A stretch of DNA of 63,702 nt, the filler included, from Octopus bimaculoides (lineage: Eukaryota), in NCBI RefSeq assembly GCF_001194135.2. It is 5 parts of 5 records of this genome, joined end to end, with 100 filler letters (N's around TTAATTAATTAA, not from the genome) between each part and the next. Parts side by side here need not be neighbours in the genome. Positions count along the whole stretch, not along the records: positions 16,654 to 35,765 come from NC_068993.1; positions 35,866 to 62,347 come from NC_068996.1; 3 more parts are not named here. One strand, written 5' to 3'. The notes beneath the pieces were generated by a model. The model searched no databases. It was not told where the DNA came from and saw nothing but the letters and a program-made list of their open reading frames with translations. The position numbers were made by a program, and so were the translations under genes. Shown here one piece after another: positions 25,436 through 36,920 of this stretch. Numbering within the stretch: position 1 is the first letter of the stretch; every line of letters begins with the position of its first letter.

Positions 25436-26211
25436 TTTCTGCTTCAACAACTCAGATCTGAATCTGACTGAAATGTAATGGAAAATAGGTCATTTCCAAA
25501 ACACTGATGTCCAGGTCACAAAAACAAAGTTTGAAGAGAATAGTGGTCATTTTCTTTGATTTCTAGATAGAAGCAAATAGGAAATAACACTTACTGACCA
25601 AAGACAAAAAAAAAAAAATAATAAAATTTTGTTACACATTATTAAACAGACCTACGATAAAAGGCATTGCAGCTGTGATCATTCTCTCTTCAGGGGTATC
25701 TAAGACAACATTATCGAATTTATCATTATCAATTTAAATTCAAAAGGGAAATTTAGTTGCTATTGCTAGCAAATCAAGTGAGCAGATAAAGGCTACCTCA
25801 AGATTTACAGAGCTGAGAAGGAATTATCATGAAAGAGAATGAGAATAGACAGTGTATTGTTTGAATATTGGCAACAAAAACACTTGAATGACAACTTATA
25901 TCTCCTTGATAGGTTGTTAAGCTATTATAGTTTAATTTCCCAAGAACTTTAGAGATGTATTTGGTAGCAAAGAAACAGATAGTTGTATAAACTCCCAAAG
26001 GTTACAAGACAAAGCTTGTCATAAATTATGAATCCAAAGCATGAAACATTTATGACAGAAACTCACACAATTATTAAACATCCTGGGATATTAAATTTAA
26101 AACGTACAGAATGGAAGAAAGCATTGATAACGCCTTCATGCATAAAAGTTGAAAGGAAAAACTCAAATAAATTAGCCAAAGTGAAGAAATAGAAGTTGTG
26201 ATTTATCTTAC

Positions 26212-26318
26212 CATCATTATATTTATAGTCACAAATGTCTTTTATACTCCATACTTTTCTGTTGTTATCCCATCTCACAGGGCGTGGACATTCTGAAAGT
26301 ACTACATTAGGAGGAATT
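26212..26318 (-). CDS. DNAI7: DNAI7/CASC1-like internal exon C (107 nt, phase 2-1)
   Basis: Acceptor tttcatacaaacag, donor G|gtaaga. Reads IPPNVVLSECPRPVRWDNNRKVWSIKDICDYKYND, similar to CASC1 ENVIFFEDPMVVRWD...WRTDGISNVSY. Confidence 0.9.
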
Positions 26319-26393
26319 CTGTTTGTATGAAAATAAATGTTTAAATATGCCATTAGTAAATATAGATACATCACTCTTAATGTGTGTGTGTGT

Positions 26394-26422
<29 letters not shown>

Positions 26423-26427
<5 letters not shown>

Positions 26428-27781
26428 GGTATTCCAAAAGTCACTGATGGGTTTCAATTGTTAATAACTTCCTAAATTTTACAAATGAATGCATGAAATT
26501 TTGATACAATATAATGGACATAATGGAAATTAATTATTTAACCTTTTCCCTCTCTTTTCAGATTTTATGTGTTCATGGATCTGAGAAATTCATTATGGAA
26601 AAATACAGCACTCAGCAATGCATCCAAGTGGTAAAATTGTTCTACCAAAATCAGGGGTCGATAATTCAGACCCGGAGAGCATACTCTTGACACTTCCAAG
26701 TGAGAGATGCACCAAGTGAGAATGTGATTAAAAATTTGATTTGTCGTTTTAAAAAGCAAGGAACAGTAACTGATCTTCCATGATCTGGGAGGCCTCGCAC
26801 TGTCAGAAGTGATGAGACATGCGAACAAGTTCGAGAGAGTATCAACGAAAATCCATGCACGTCGATTTGGAGGCAATCACAACAGTTACAGATTTCATAA
26901 ACATCCTTGCAAAGGATTCTCATCAGCCTTCACCTTTATCCATATAAGGTGCAGCTGGTTCAACAGCTAAAGCCCCAAGACTATGAACAGAGGATCCAAT
27001 ATGCTGTCAAAATCCAGGAGTTGGCAAGAAACGACCGGAATTTCACCTGGAATATGATGATGCCTGATGACGCCCACTCTCATTTGAATAGGTTCATCAA
27101 CAAACAAAATTGCCATTTTGGGGGCTCTAAGAACCTGAGAACAGTACACCAACGAGAACTGCACCCTGTAAGGTGCGCAGTATGATGTGGATTGACAGAT
27201 GAAATTAATGATTATTTCTTTAAGGATGATGATGAAAATACTGTAACAGTGACTGGAGAACAGTGCAGAACCATGACTGAGACCTTTTTGTGCACAGCCA
27301 TTCAAAGTAGACCTCACACATGGTTCCAGCAAGATGGAGGCAACTGCTCATACCGCAAGAGAAACAATGCAGTTGCTACGGCAGTGCTTTGGAGAGAGAA
27401 TAATCTCCCACTACGGCAATGTCAACTGGCCTTCATATTCCTCAGGCTTGATTAGCCTGGATTTTTTCTTGTTGGGATACCTGAAAGAGAGGGTTTACTT
27501 CAACAAACTGGAGACCCTGATGCAACTGAAGTAGAACATCAATAGAGAAATCGAAGAAGTGGGGTCTGAAACTCTTGAGGGTGTTATGGTGCAAGTCTTG
27601 GAAAGAGCACAGGCATGCGAAGCCAAAATGGTTGCCATTTAAGTGATGACATTTTTCATATGTGATGTCGTGTTGTTGCAAAATCTGATTTGTACATATT
27701 AATTTCCATTAGATCCTTTATATTATATCAAAATTTTATGCAGTTATTTATAAAGTTAAGGAATTAAGGAAGTTATTAAAA
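26423..27781 (+). mobile_element. Near full-length rosa-type (DD41D) Tc1/mariner transposon; transposase pseudogenised
   Basis: ~100-bp TIRs (ttaataacttcct...aaattttgata.aatata..gga..taatggaaatt at both ends, inverted). Transposase runs ~26595-27660 with PDDAHSHLN..NKQN and WFQQDG/ATAHTA...LISLDFFL; 41 residues between the 2nd and 3rd Asp after removing a 1-nt insertion; several stops. Confidence 0.88.
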
Positions 27782-27822
27782 NNNNNNNNNNNNNNNNNNN
27801 NNNNNNNNNNNNNNNNNNNNNN

Positions 27823-27851
<29 letters not shown>

Positions 27852-27854
<3 letters not shown>

Positions 27855-28620
27855 GGTCATCCCATAAATAATGTGTTTTTTTATACTTCTTTTATTTTTC
27901 GAAATTAAGATAAACAAAGTTCTTTTTAATCTAAAATATACTCTCTTTCATTTTCTACAATGCTCTTCCATCTGGTAGACATGTAAAGCCCCTCTTCCAA
28001 AATCCACTTGTCCATGTTAAAAAGCACTCCTCCAGTACTGTTCTGACCTCATCTACAGAATTCATAATTTTTCCATCCAAATGATTTTGAAGACTGTGAA
28101 GTAAATGATAATCAGATGGGGCAATGTCCGGCAAACATGATGGGTGGGGCATCATTTCCCATTCAAAGAGCTCCAGTATTTGGAATGTCAACCTCACTGT
28201 ATGTGGCCAAACATTATCCTGATGGAAGAACACCCTTCATCTTGAAATCAAAGATGGTCGTTTTTTCTAGAGCAGGTGTCGATGAATGGTTGAATGACCA
28301 AATCCAAGCTTCTCTGCTAGTTCCTCAACAGTTACAATGGGATTTTGTTCCACCAGGTTTTACAGGATGTCCTTGTTGAGCTCTACAGGTCTTCCAGGAT
28401 GAAGCTCATCTTCTAGGCTGTAGTTTCTGGATCAGAATTTCTGGAACCACTGCTGACACTGGCTTACACTTATTGTCTGATCCCCATATACTGCATTAAT
28501 ATTCCTCACACTTTCCATTGCATTGTTGACTTTATTAAATTCATAAAGCAAAATATGCTGAATATGATCCTTTGTCATTTCCATTATAGCTTTGAAATAA
28601 TAAGTTAAAACTGAACTGCA
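27852..28620 (-). mobile_element. Internally deleted mariner (DD34D) element
   Basis: FHQDNVWPH...PDIAPSDYHL (34-residue D-D spacing); N-terminal QQWFQKF..YSLEDELHPGRP; one TIR at 27852 next to TA. Confidence 0.85.
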
Positions 28621-28753
28621 CTCTTCAAAATTTGCATTAAAAATAAGTAGCAGGTAAAATAACTACCTGCTTGTTGATGCAGGTAGTTTATCCCATCCCC
28701 TTCCAACTTTCAGTTCATGCAATTGAAGAAACCTCATATATATAATGTATATG

Positions 28754-28861
<108 letters not shown>

Positions 28862-28910
28862 CATACACATACATCACAAACATACATATATATATAAATT
28901 ACATCTTTAT

Positions 28911-29120
28911 CTTTTATCTTTTACTTGTTTCAATCATTAAACTGAAGCCAGGCTGGAGCACCGTGTAGAAGAATTTTAGTCAAATGAATCAACTCCAATA
29001 CTTATTTTTAAGCCTGGTACTTATTCTATCAGTCTCTTTTGCCAAACTGGTTAGTTACAGGGACATAAACACACCAACACTGGTTGTCAAGCAGTAGTGG
29101 GAGGACACTCACTCAAGCAT

Positions 29121-29135
<15 letters not shown>
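28911..29135 (-). mobile_element. SINE family A, 3' half
   Basis: ttttacttgtttcaatcatt...ggctggagcacc...gtacttattctatc. Confidence 0.75.
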
Positions 29136-29151
<16 letters not shown>

Positions 29152-29186
29152 CAGACATGATACCTTGCTACTTACCAAGAGCATAA

Positions 29187-29460
29187 ATAAATCCTCTTTA
29201 GAACGAGCTAGAAAAGATCTACACAAATTTTTCTTTAGCCTAAACCTGTCTAACTTTTTAGACGTAACTTTTAACTTAGGAACCTCCCAATACTCCCTTA
29301 TAACAAACCTAACCAATACCTTGAATACTTAGACGTTCATTCCAATCACCACAAATCCACCTCTGATAACATAGACAAGGGTATCTCAATCTGTATATCT
29401 GACCTCTCTTCCACTAAGGAAATATTCAATAACCACACACCATAAAGCTAGTGATATAGA
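29187..29460 (+). mobile_element. Penelope-like RT C-terminal (thumb) fragment
   Basis: SNFLDVTFNL ... (frameshift) YLDVHSNHHKSTSDNIDKGISICISDLSSTKEIFNNHTP, like PLE NFLDVT.DL / YI...SNHP..I.K.IP..I..R.S.LSS....F. Confidence 0.75.
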
Positions 29461-29532
29461 GTTAGTTTAAAGTTGTCTAGGACAACAACATTAACAACAA
29501 TAACCCTTTTATTACTAAGGATATGAAATTAC

Positions 29533-29689
29533 CTTAACGTAATACCAATTAGAGGTCTCTCATCCCGTTTCTGTTCAACACTGGCTTCCTTTTCTTTCTT
29601 CTGTTCACCTTCCTCCCCTGATTCTTTAGATTCTGTTGGCAGTGGAGGATCAGCTACATAGTCCATGTAGCACAACTCAGTTGGGACAA
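29533..29689 (-). CDS. DNAI7: DNAI7/CASC1-like internal exon B (157 nt, phase 1-2)
   Basis: Acceptor atattttcag, donor AG|gtaatt. Reads VPTELCYMDYVADPPLPTESKESGEEGEQKKEKEASVEQKRDERPLIGITL; phases fit exons A and C. Confidence 0.85.
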
Positions 29690-31149
29690 CTGAAAATATA
29701 TAAGAGCCATAACATTGTAGATTAATATAGTGCTTCAGAAGTGATGAGGTTTCAATGAGGAAAAGCTATGGGGTGTTTTAAACCTTATGTAATTGGTATG
29801 CAGGTATGAATGAAAGGAAGAAAGAAAAGAAAAGAGAAGAAAGGTTGTAGCTATTGAATGTTTGCAAGAGTCATCTTTGAATGGTGTAATACCATACCAC
29901 CTGAACAAACAATCAATGTTGCCTAGTAACACAAATTTAACGGGCAAGACATGGTATGATTTATCATTTGAACATTTAACCCATTGTATTATTTGTACTC
30001 AGTTCTATGATATCAAAGTAAAAGCAAAATCCTGAGATGATATTAGATTGATTTTCATATCACAACTGATAATAGCAAAAAATTAGATAAAAGAATATAA
30101 CACACACACACACACACACAATAAACATGCTTTCATCTGCTTAGTCTGCTGGAGTATTTCAACTGACCAAAATGTAAACTCTGTAATGTCCATTTTGCCC
30201 TGAAGATCTTTCGCCCAGGAGACTCAAAATGTAAACTTATATTATTATATATGCTTTGTAATTTAAATTGGGTGTGAAGTGAAACAATTGTAGGCAATGT
30301 TAGTTAATTAATAAATTAATTTATATCCATTAAATCTCTTCATTTTCAAACTTATTAATAGTATTTGATGTTTTATAATATATTTATTGAAGAACTATTT
30401 CTCACATATATAAATGCTATCATAAGATAAAGGTAGTTACAGATCTGCATAAATTTGTAACAGTTGTTAGAAATCTAAAACATTATAAAAGTATATTGCA
30501 ATGTCTACAAAATAATCTTATAAATATGACCAAACACCAAAACTTAAATCTAATCTAGATAAAATAACAATAGCAACAACAAAAATAATAATAAAAAAAC
30601 AGAAAGTACCATTGTTATTTCTTGTCTCAACATCACCAGTGTGCACAGAATACATAGGAAAATAAACATTTCACACAACACACAAATGCGCACACACATG
30701 CATACACACACGCATGGATACAGAGACTCACACACACAAATACATACACACACATACATGCACACACACTGTTGCAAATAGAACACAAAATATTTTAAAA
30801 TCCTGTAGTAACACTAAAGCTATTGAAGGCATCTTTATGGAATAAAAAAAGATTTCATCACGACACATAATTTGGTAAATTTTCTTACTACCAGAACACA
30901 GAATACTTACTATTCTAAATTATATTTCAATCAGACCAGACAGATACTTTCACAATGGGAGAATGTCTTATAGCAAGCATAAAAACTTGCATTCAATATA
31001 CAGAAAACTTGCATTCAATATACAGAAAACACAAAAGACATTTGTAAATTAATAGGAAATGTCAATAAACTGGAAATGCTGGATTTTAAAAGTACATGCT
31101 TAAGAACACAGCACATTAACATTCTTTGCGGGGAGGGATAAATTGAATA

Positions 31150-31310
31150 CATTACCCCCAGTGTTCAACTGGTACTTATTTTATCTATCCCGAAAGGATG
31201 GAAGGTAAGGCTAACCTTGACAGCATTTGAACTCAGAACATAAAGAGCTTGAAGATACACCACTAAGCAGTTTGTCTTATGTGGTAACAATTTCACTGGT
31301 TCACCATCCT
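31150..31310 (-). mobile_element. SINE-like family E
   Basis: cccagtgttcaactggtacttattttatc...gaaaggatg. Confidence 0.65.
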
Positions 31311-31474
31311 TAAGTAGCACATTAATATATTAAATATATAGACACTACCATTCTACAAGGCTACACACCACCCAACTACAACACTTTTAGCACTCTCACA
31401 AGCCTTCAATGCCCTTAACACCTCCTGGTTTTCAAATAGTACAGATAACAAAAGAAGTAGCGTAATAACACAAC

Positions 31475-31823
31475 TGGCACTCCATCGGTTACGACAATGA
31501 GGGTTCCAGTTAATCTGTTCAATGGCACAGCCCGCACATGAAATTAATGTGCAAGTGGCTGAGCACTCCACACACACGTGTACCCTCAATGTAGTTCTCA
31601 AGGAGATTCAGTGTGACACAGAATGTGACAAGGCTGGCCCTTTGAAATACAGGTATTTCTCATTTTTGCCAGCTGAGAGGACTGGAGCAACATGAAATAA
31701 AGTGTCTTGCTCAAGGACATAAAACATCACTGGGAATTGAACTCACGGTCTTATGATCATAAGCCAAATATCCCTAACCACTAAGCCAAATATCCCTAGC
31801 CACTAAGCCACACATCTTCACAC
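31475..31823 (-). mobile_element. tRNA-derived SINE family D
   Basis: tRNA head plus ccttgagcaagacactttatttca core; 3' half shared with 45830-45990; 22-bp duplication in the head. Confidence 0.8.
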
Positions 31824-32945
31824 ACAACAATTAACCTTCCTTTATATCCTAAACAATCATTACAGATATGCACACATCTCTAGACAAGCCAACTACAACA
31901 ATACTTGGTGGGATTCTGGTTTAAGCAACCCATGTAAGCCCTCATAACTTTTCTATCTTTTAAAATTTTCAGAAATATTTTGTGAATTTGTGTTCTACAT
32001 TGATATATCAGCAGCTAACACATACACTTACAAACTTTGTTGCAGACAATGATGACTACGAAGATTTTATAAGTGTTTATAGAATATGTATACTAAACCA
32101 ATAAATAAGATTTTCATAAGGCATCAACTTAGAACACACAAGTCACAGTCAAGAAAATCCATTCATCAATTTATAAAAGTCTTAAATCTCTTGGATAAAA
32201 AAAAAGTGCCTTCAGTATATGAAGAAAATAATCAATAATGGATTCTTTTTACTTCAAGAATCCTGCCATCAGGTACAAGACTCCAATGACTTGAAAATAA
32301 AACTGGTCATGGGACACAGCAATATTACAAGCAAGAATAATGGACTTAAGTCAAAAGAACTCAACTACTTAAAACCATGATATTTCAGTAAATGTTTTGA
32401 TTATTACAAACAGGACATCAAACAAGAAATTAATTCATGAGCTGTTTCTCAAAAGCTCATAAGTGTTTTTCGTTTTTTGAGGAATAGATTGACATGGTTG
32501 CAGAGGATGTACAACAAGATGTCATATGGCAGAAGAGTAAAAACAAAAAGCCAATTTTACTAAGGTGTGCAAATCAAGTAAGAGGCTCATCTCTCATGTA
32601 TTAACTGTTTCAACTTTACTGAGCTGATATCACAAAGTAGAATCATTTAGAGAGTGATTCATTCCAGAAGTTGATATTCCATTAAGCTTTACAGTTACAC
32701 AAATGACAGTTATTTATGGTTATGCATGGTCTTTGCTTAGATGTAACACTTTGTCAGAGTTCCATGACTCATTATTCTTTAACCGAATTTATATTTAATG
32801 GACATTGACAAATTTTTTGCTTGCTTAAAGAGCCAGTCTGTAACATCACACCATACTCTAGTTTAATACAGAATGCCAAACTTATTTCTTCCCCAATTTA
32901 GACGGAAAGTAGTAGAAAATATAATCTGAGGCACTTTAACATTAA

Positions 32946-33164
32946 CCCTTAAACATTCAGATTACTCTGTCAAATGTAATGCTTATTTATTTACATCATT
33001 TTGAATTAATCTTGCATTATCTCATAGCTTTGAGATTTCAATGATGTGGTTCTTTATTTTTAGGATGACATTGTAGGGTAGGTGTGAAAGGCCAGATCTG
33101 ACAGGTTTGACCATAAAAAAGGGAAAATATTTGGGCTGGATACTGACAGCTTAAATGCTAAAGG
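32946..33164. mobile_element. piggyBac-type MITE (~220 bp)
   Basis: TTAA|CCCTTAAACATT ... AATGCTAAAGG|TTAA. Confidence 0.8.
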
Positions 33165-34444
33165 TTAAAACACACACACACACACATTTTCAACATACTA
33201 TCAGAAAGCAGGCTTCTGCCAGCCTAAGTGGTACACTTACTCAGTGTATTCATTTGTAAATGTATAGGGGTTTGAATGAAAAAGGAATTCACATATATAA
33301 AATGAATACATTTCAATGACAACATAAATGAGTGAAGTATTGTTGTGCAAATGAATATATTTGAAAAAGCAGCAGTATAATTTATACATGTGTGGAAAAC
33401 ATGTTCTCAGCACTAAAAAATAATGCAAACAAGAAATGTTGCTGAGATGAAAAAAAAAAGAAATGAACCTACAGAGTCATTAACCTGCTAGAATAGAAAT
33501 ACAGCAGATTGATGTCTTGTTCAACTGAAATGTGTCTTGTACTAAAACTAACTGAAATGAAACAATGACCATTTCTTTGCTTTGGCTGGTTCTGTATGAA
33601 GAGAGAGAAAAAGAGGAAGTTCTATTTATATAGGTTAGCCAAGTATTTATGGACACAACTTTAGTGGGCCATAAATGGAAAATGACCTAATATAAGGCAA
33701 TGTGAAATGCACTAAATCTTAATTTTCCCATTTTTCTTTCAGATGTATTGGTAAATCACTATCAATATGGCAGATTCCAATTTGATATGGGAAATAAAAT
33801 GGCAGTTGTAGTTTCCAGCCAAAGCAAGTGGAAGGTTGCCAGCTTCTTGAATGTGATTAGGTCCCTTGTGTTCAGAGATGGGAAAGTGCAGAAGGCTTCT
33901 TGTCAACCATATTCATCAAAAACTAACATTCTCAGCAGTCAGATGTCATAAGAACAGTTGAGTTCATTCAACAGGTTGAGGGTCAGTGACAATGCTAGCA
34001 AGTCGAAGGGGGCTATCATAGTCCATTATTAGATATATGATGCATGAGGACATGAGATGCAAGTGATAAGGAGAGGGCACCCTGAGTAACTTGGCATACT
34101 TCACTTCTTCCCTGATGAAAAGAATTTTACAAGGATAATAATCAGAATCAGAAGATGAACAAGAGAAGTGATGGGTTGATCTGGACAAGCTCCACAGCTA
34201 TCATACATGATCCTCTCTTATTTCACATTCGAATAGAAAAAGAGTCAGCTATACAAAAAATGTGCTTTCAAAAATTCATAAATGCCTTGAATTTAGAAAA
34301 ATGATCCATCTATGCTAGTTGACCCATTTATGCTAATGTCGATGTTAAAGCAGTCAAAAGGAATGCATATAAATTCTCTACTGGGCTCAGTCAGTATTGA
34401 ATCAGTTTACTTTAGAGTGTTATTATAATTTAAACTTCACTGAC

Positions 34445-34588
34445 CTTGAGTAATTGTCCACTTTCCACAGAGTTTAGGCTGAGGAGGTAGATATAACAGA
34501 CTTATAGTGAAGATTCCACTAACCACTTGGTAGCAACGCAGGTCAACAACGTCTGGGTCTTCATCAAACTCTTCATATTCAACAGGTG
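34445..34588 (-). CDS. DNAI7: DNAI7/CASC1-like internal exon A (144 nt, phase 1-1)
   Basis: Acceptor ttttcttcactag, donor G|gtcagt. Reads PVEYEEFDEDPDVVDLRCYQVVSGIFTISLLYLPPQPKLCGKWTITQ, matching the recalled CASC1 motif VVDLxQF..GG.Y.LD.LELPPQ.K...GW.I. Confidence 0.9.
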
Positions 34589-35218
34589 CTAGTGAAGAAA
34601 ATAAATTTATTTACTAAGTACATGTAAGGGAAACAATGTAGTCTTAATATCAAATTCAGATAGGTAGAGAGGGGTAGTCAAAGCATAAAATTATGCACAT
34701 AAGGAGACAATTAAGTAAACTAACACACCTTTACCTAAGAACATAATATGTGTAATGGAGCATGAAGCTCTGCAACTTAGGTTGGTGGGCTGGTTTCATA
34801 ACTATTTCCCCCTCTTTTTTCCCTGTAACACTGAAACGATATTTTGCTGATTTCTCTACAAAAACATAATACTAAAAGTATGGGAAAAGAAGAAATCCAT
34901 ATTTCAAATTTGCTATCCTTTCCTGAGATATTAAAAAATAAGTGAAATGAAAAGATTACAAGTAGGAATTGAAACTAGATTCTGGTTCACCTTTTGTACA
35001 AACCCTTTGAGAAGATTTTAGTTAAGCATTGCAGGATGATGAAATATCACAACTTCCTACATTGGAGAACTGTATGTCTCTATTTATTAACTATTTCTAG
35101 CTAAATGAACTAAGTCATTAACAGTTGTGTTATTGTATAGCACTGGTGACAAAATACATGCTGACAACCTCTCAACAATAGACCCAGCTAATATTTGTTC
35201 TCATCTTGTTTGTTGTTA

Positions 35219-35262
35219 ACACAACGTTTCGGCTGATATACCCTCCAGCCTTCTTCAGGTGT
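35219..35262 (-). ncRNA. Minimal type I hammerhead ribozyme (Penelope-like)
   Basis: ACAC-CUGAAGA-A-GGCUG(gagggtatat)CAGCC-GAAA-CG-UU-GUGU: 4-bp stem I, 5-bp stem II, palindromic ACGU stem III, GUU cleavage triplet. Confidence 0.7.
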
Positions 35263-35311
35263 ATTGGGGAAATTTCGAACCTGGGTTCTCATTCCTAAGG
35301 TATTTTTTGAT

Positions 35312-35493
35312 GTTATTATTATTATTCAGGTCAATGCCTGGAATCGAACTTGAAATCTTGGGGTTAGCAGCCTACGCTCTTAACCACTATGCCATATGCC
35401 TATGGGCATATAGCGTAGTGGTTAAGAGCGTAGGCTACTAACCCCAAGATTCCAAGTTCGATTCTAAGCAGTGACCTGAACAATAACAATAAC
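35312..35493. repeat. ~89-bp inverted repeat of two head-to-head tRNA-like SINE heads
   Basis: Arms 35312-35400 and 35405-35493 with a 4-nt loop; each arm has an A box (TGGCATAGTGG / TAGCGTAGTGG) and B box GTTCGATTC. Confidence 0.9.
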
Positions 35494-35519
35494 AATGATG
35501 ATAATAATAATAATAATAA

Positions 35520-35765
35520 TCTATATATATAAAAATGAGAATGTGTGTCTGTCTGTCTGTCTGTCTGTGTGAATCCCTAAAACTCGAGAACTACGCAACC
35601 AATTTCATTCAAATTTTACAGATGCCTTACTTAGGGTTCCAGTTGTGTTTTAGTCAAAAAAATTTTAACTTCTTGCAGAGTTCGAGCCCACAGCAACATA
35701 ATATCTCCTCCACTATTTAAGTATTACGTGTCAAAAGTGAAACAAAAACACTCATGTCAAATACT
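35520..35765 (+). mobile_element. Non-autonomous Helitron/DINE-1-like element 5' end
   Basis: Starts TCTATATATATAAAAATG, has a (TCTG)n microsatellite and cgcaaccaatttcattcaaatttt; truncated by the join. Confidence 0.6.
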
Positions 35766-35865
35766 NNNNNNNNNNNNNNNNNNNNNNNNNNNNNNNNNNN
35801 NNNNNNNNNTTAATTAATTAANNNNNNNNNNNNNNNNNNNNNNNNNNNNNNNNNNNNNNNNNNNN
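35766..35865. other. Artificial scaffold join
   Basis: 44N + TTAATTAATTAA + 44N. Confidence 0.9.
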
Positions 35866-36545
35866 TCATACTCGTTTAGTGTCTCGCCAATCACGTCAAA
35901 TATGCCTGTGGCTCGACACCATCACGGTGACGTCGTCGGCATAGGTAGACACGCTCCTCCCACATCCCAGATCGCGCGGGACACCTCTCAAAGCCTTCAA
36001 CTTCTGCAGTAATGTCTCGAGAGTCGATACATACAGAAGGGAGGAGAAAGGACATCCTTGGCGAACCGAACGCGAGATGTTGAACGGTTCCGATAGACGG
36101 CCGTTCACCCGTATGACCGAGCAGATGCCGCTGTATAAAGCAGCTATCCACCCACGGAAGACCGGACCGAAGTCAGCTGCCTTGAGAACAGCTGCCTTGA
36201 GAACATCTGCCAGGTATCGATGGTCGACCTTATCGAAGGCTTTAGACTGATCTAAATTGATCAAAGCCCCACTCGTGCCAGCTTCGTTACCCACCCTCTC
36301 TACGATGTAGCGCATGAGATGGAGGTTGTCGTGGATAGACCTGGTCGGCACGGCGCATGTCTGCGCGTTGCCGATCAGTTTGCCCACGACAAGCGCCAAT
36401 CTCTTGGCTAGCACCTTGGCCAAAATCTTCAACTCTGCACTGAGCAGAGTGATGGGCCTAAAGTTCCCTATAATGTCCCCCTTGTCTGGGTCCTTTCTTA
36501 GCAAAGTCACCACTCCTCGACAAACAAAAGCAGGAATTCTCCCGT
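35866..36545 (-). mobile_element. Tx1/L1-clade LINE reverse transcriptase fragment
   Basis: NFRPITLLSAELKILAKVLAKRL...LDQSKAFDKVDH...SVRQGCPFSSLLY...TYADDV; 15-bp duplication (LKAAVLKAAD); apparent 1-nt frameshift after YADD. Confidence 0.92.
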
Positions 36546-36603
36546 GGGAAGGGTGGTGGGGATGATAAGCGTTTTTACGTTTTGTTTTTGGTCGCTTTTT
36601 ATA

Positions 36604-36920
36604 TTTTATCACTCTTTTACTTGTTCCAGTCATTTGACTGTGGCCATGCTGGAGCACCGCCTTTAGTCGAGCATATCGACCCCAGGACTTATTCTTTGTA
36701 AGCCTTAGTACTTATTCTATCGGTCTTTTTTGCCGAACCGCTAAGTCACGGGGACGTAAACACACCAGCATCGGTTGTCAAGCGATGTTGGGGGGGGGGA
36801 CAGACACACAAACATATACATACACATACATATATATACATATATACGACGGTCTTCTTTCAGTTTCCGTTTACCAAATTCACTCACAAGGCTTTGGTCG
36901 GCCCGAGGCTATAGTAGAAT
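36604..36920 (-). mobile_element. SINE family A
   Basis: Reverse-complement body and tail. Confidence 0.85.

Noticed and set aside
33742-34250. Plus-strand exon after ttttctttcag|ATG
   Set aside because: Longest frame is 67 aa with no homology and antisense to DNAI7. The minus strand has a GNYNCH word resembling a decayed LINE endonuclease GDFN motif, too weak to call.
35329-35478. Functional tRNA-Ser genes (and other SINE heads as tRNAs)
   Set aside because: A and B boxes are present, but there is no proper acceptor stem or Ser long variable arm, and they run into repeat bodies.
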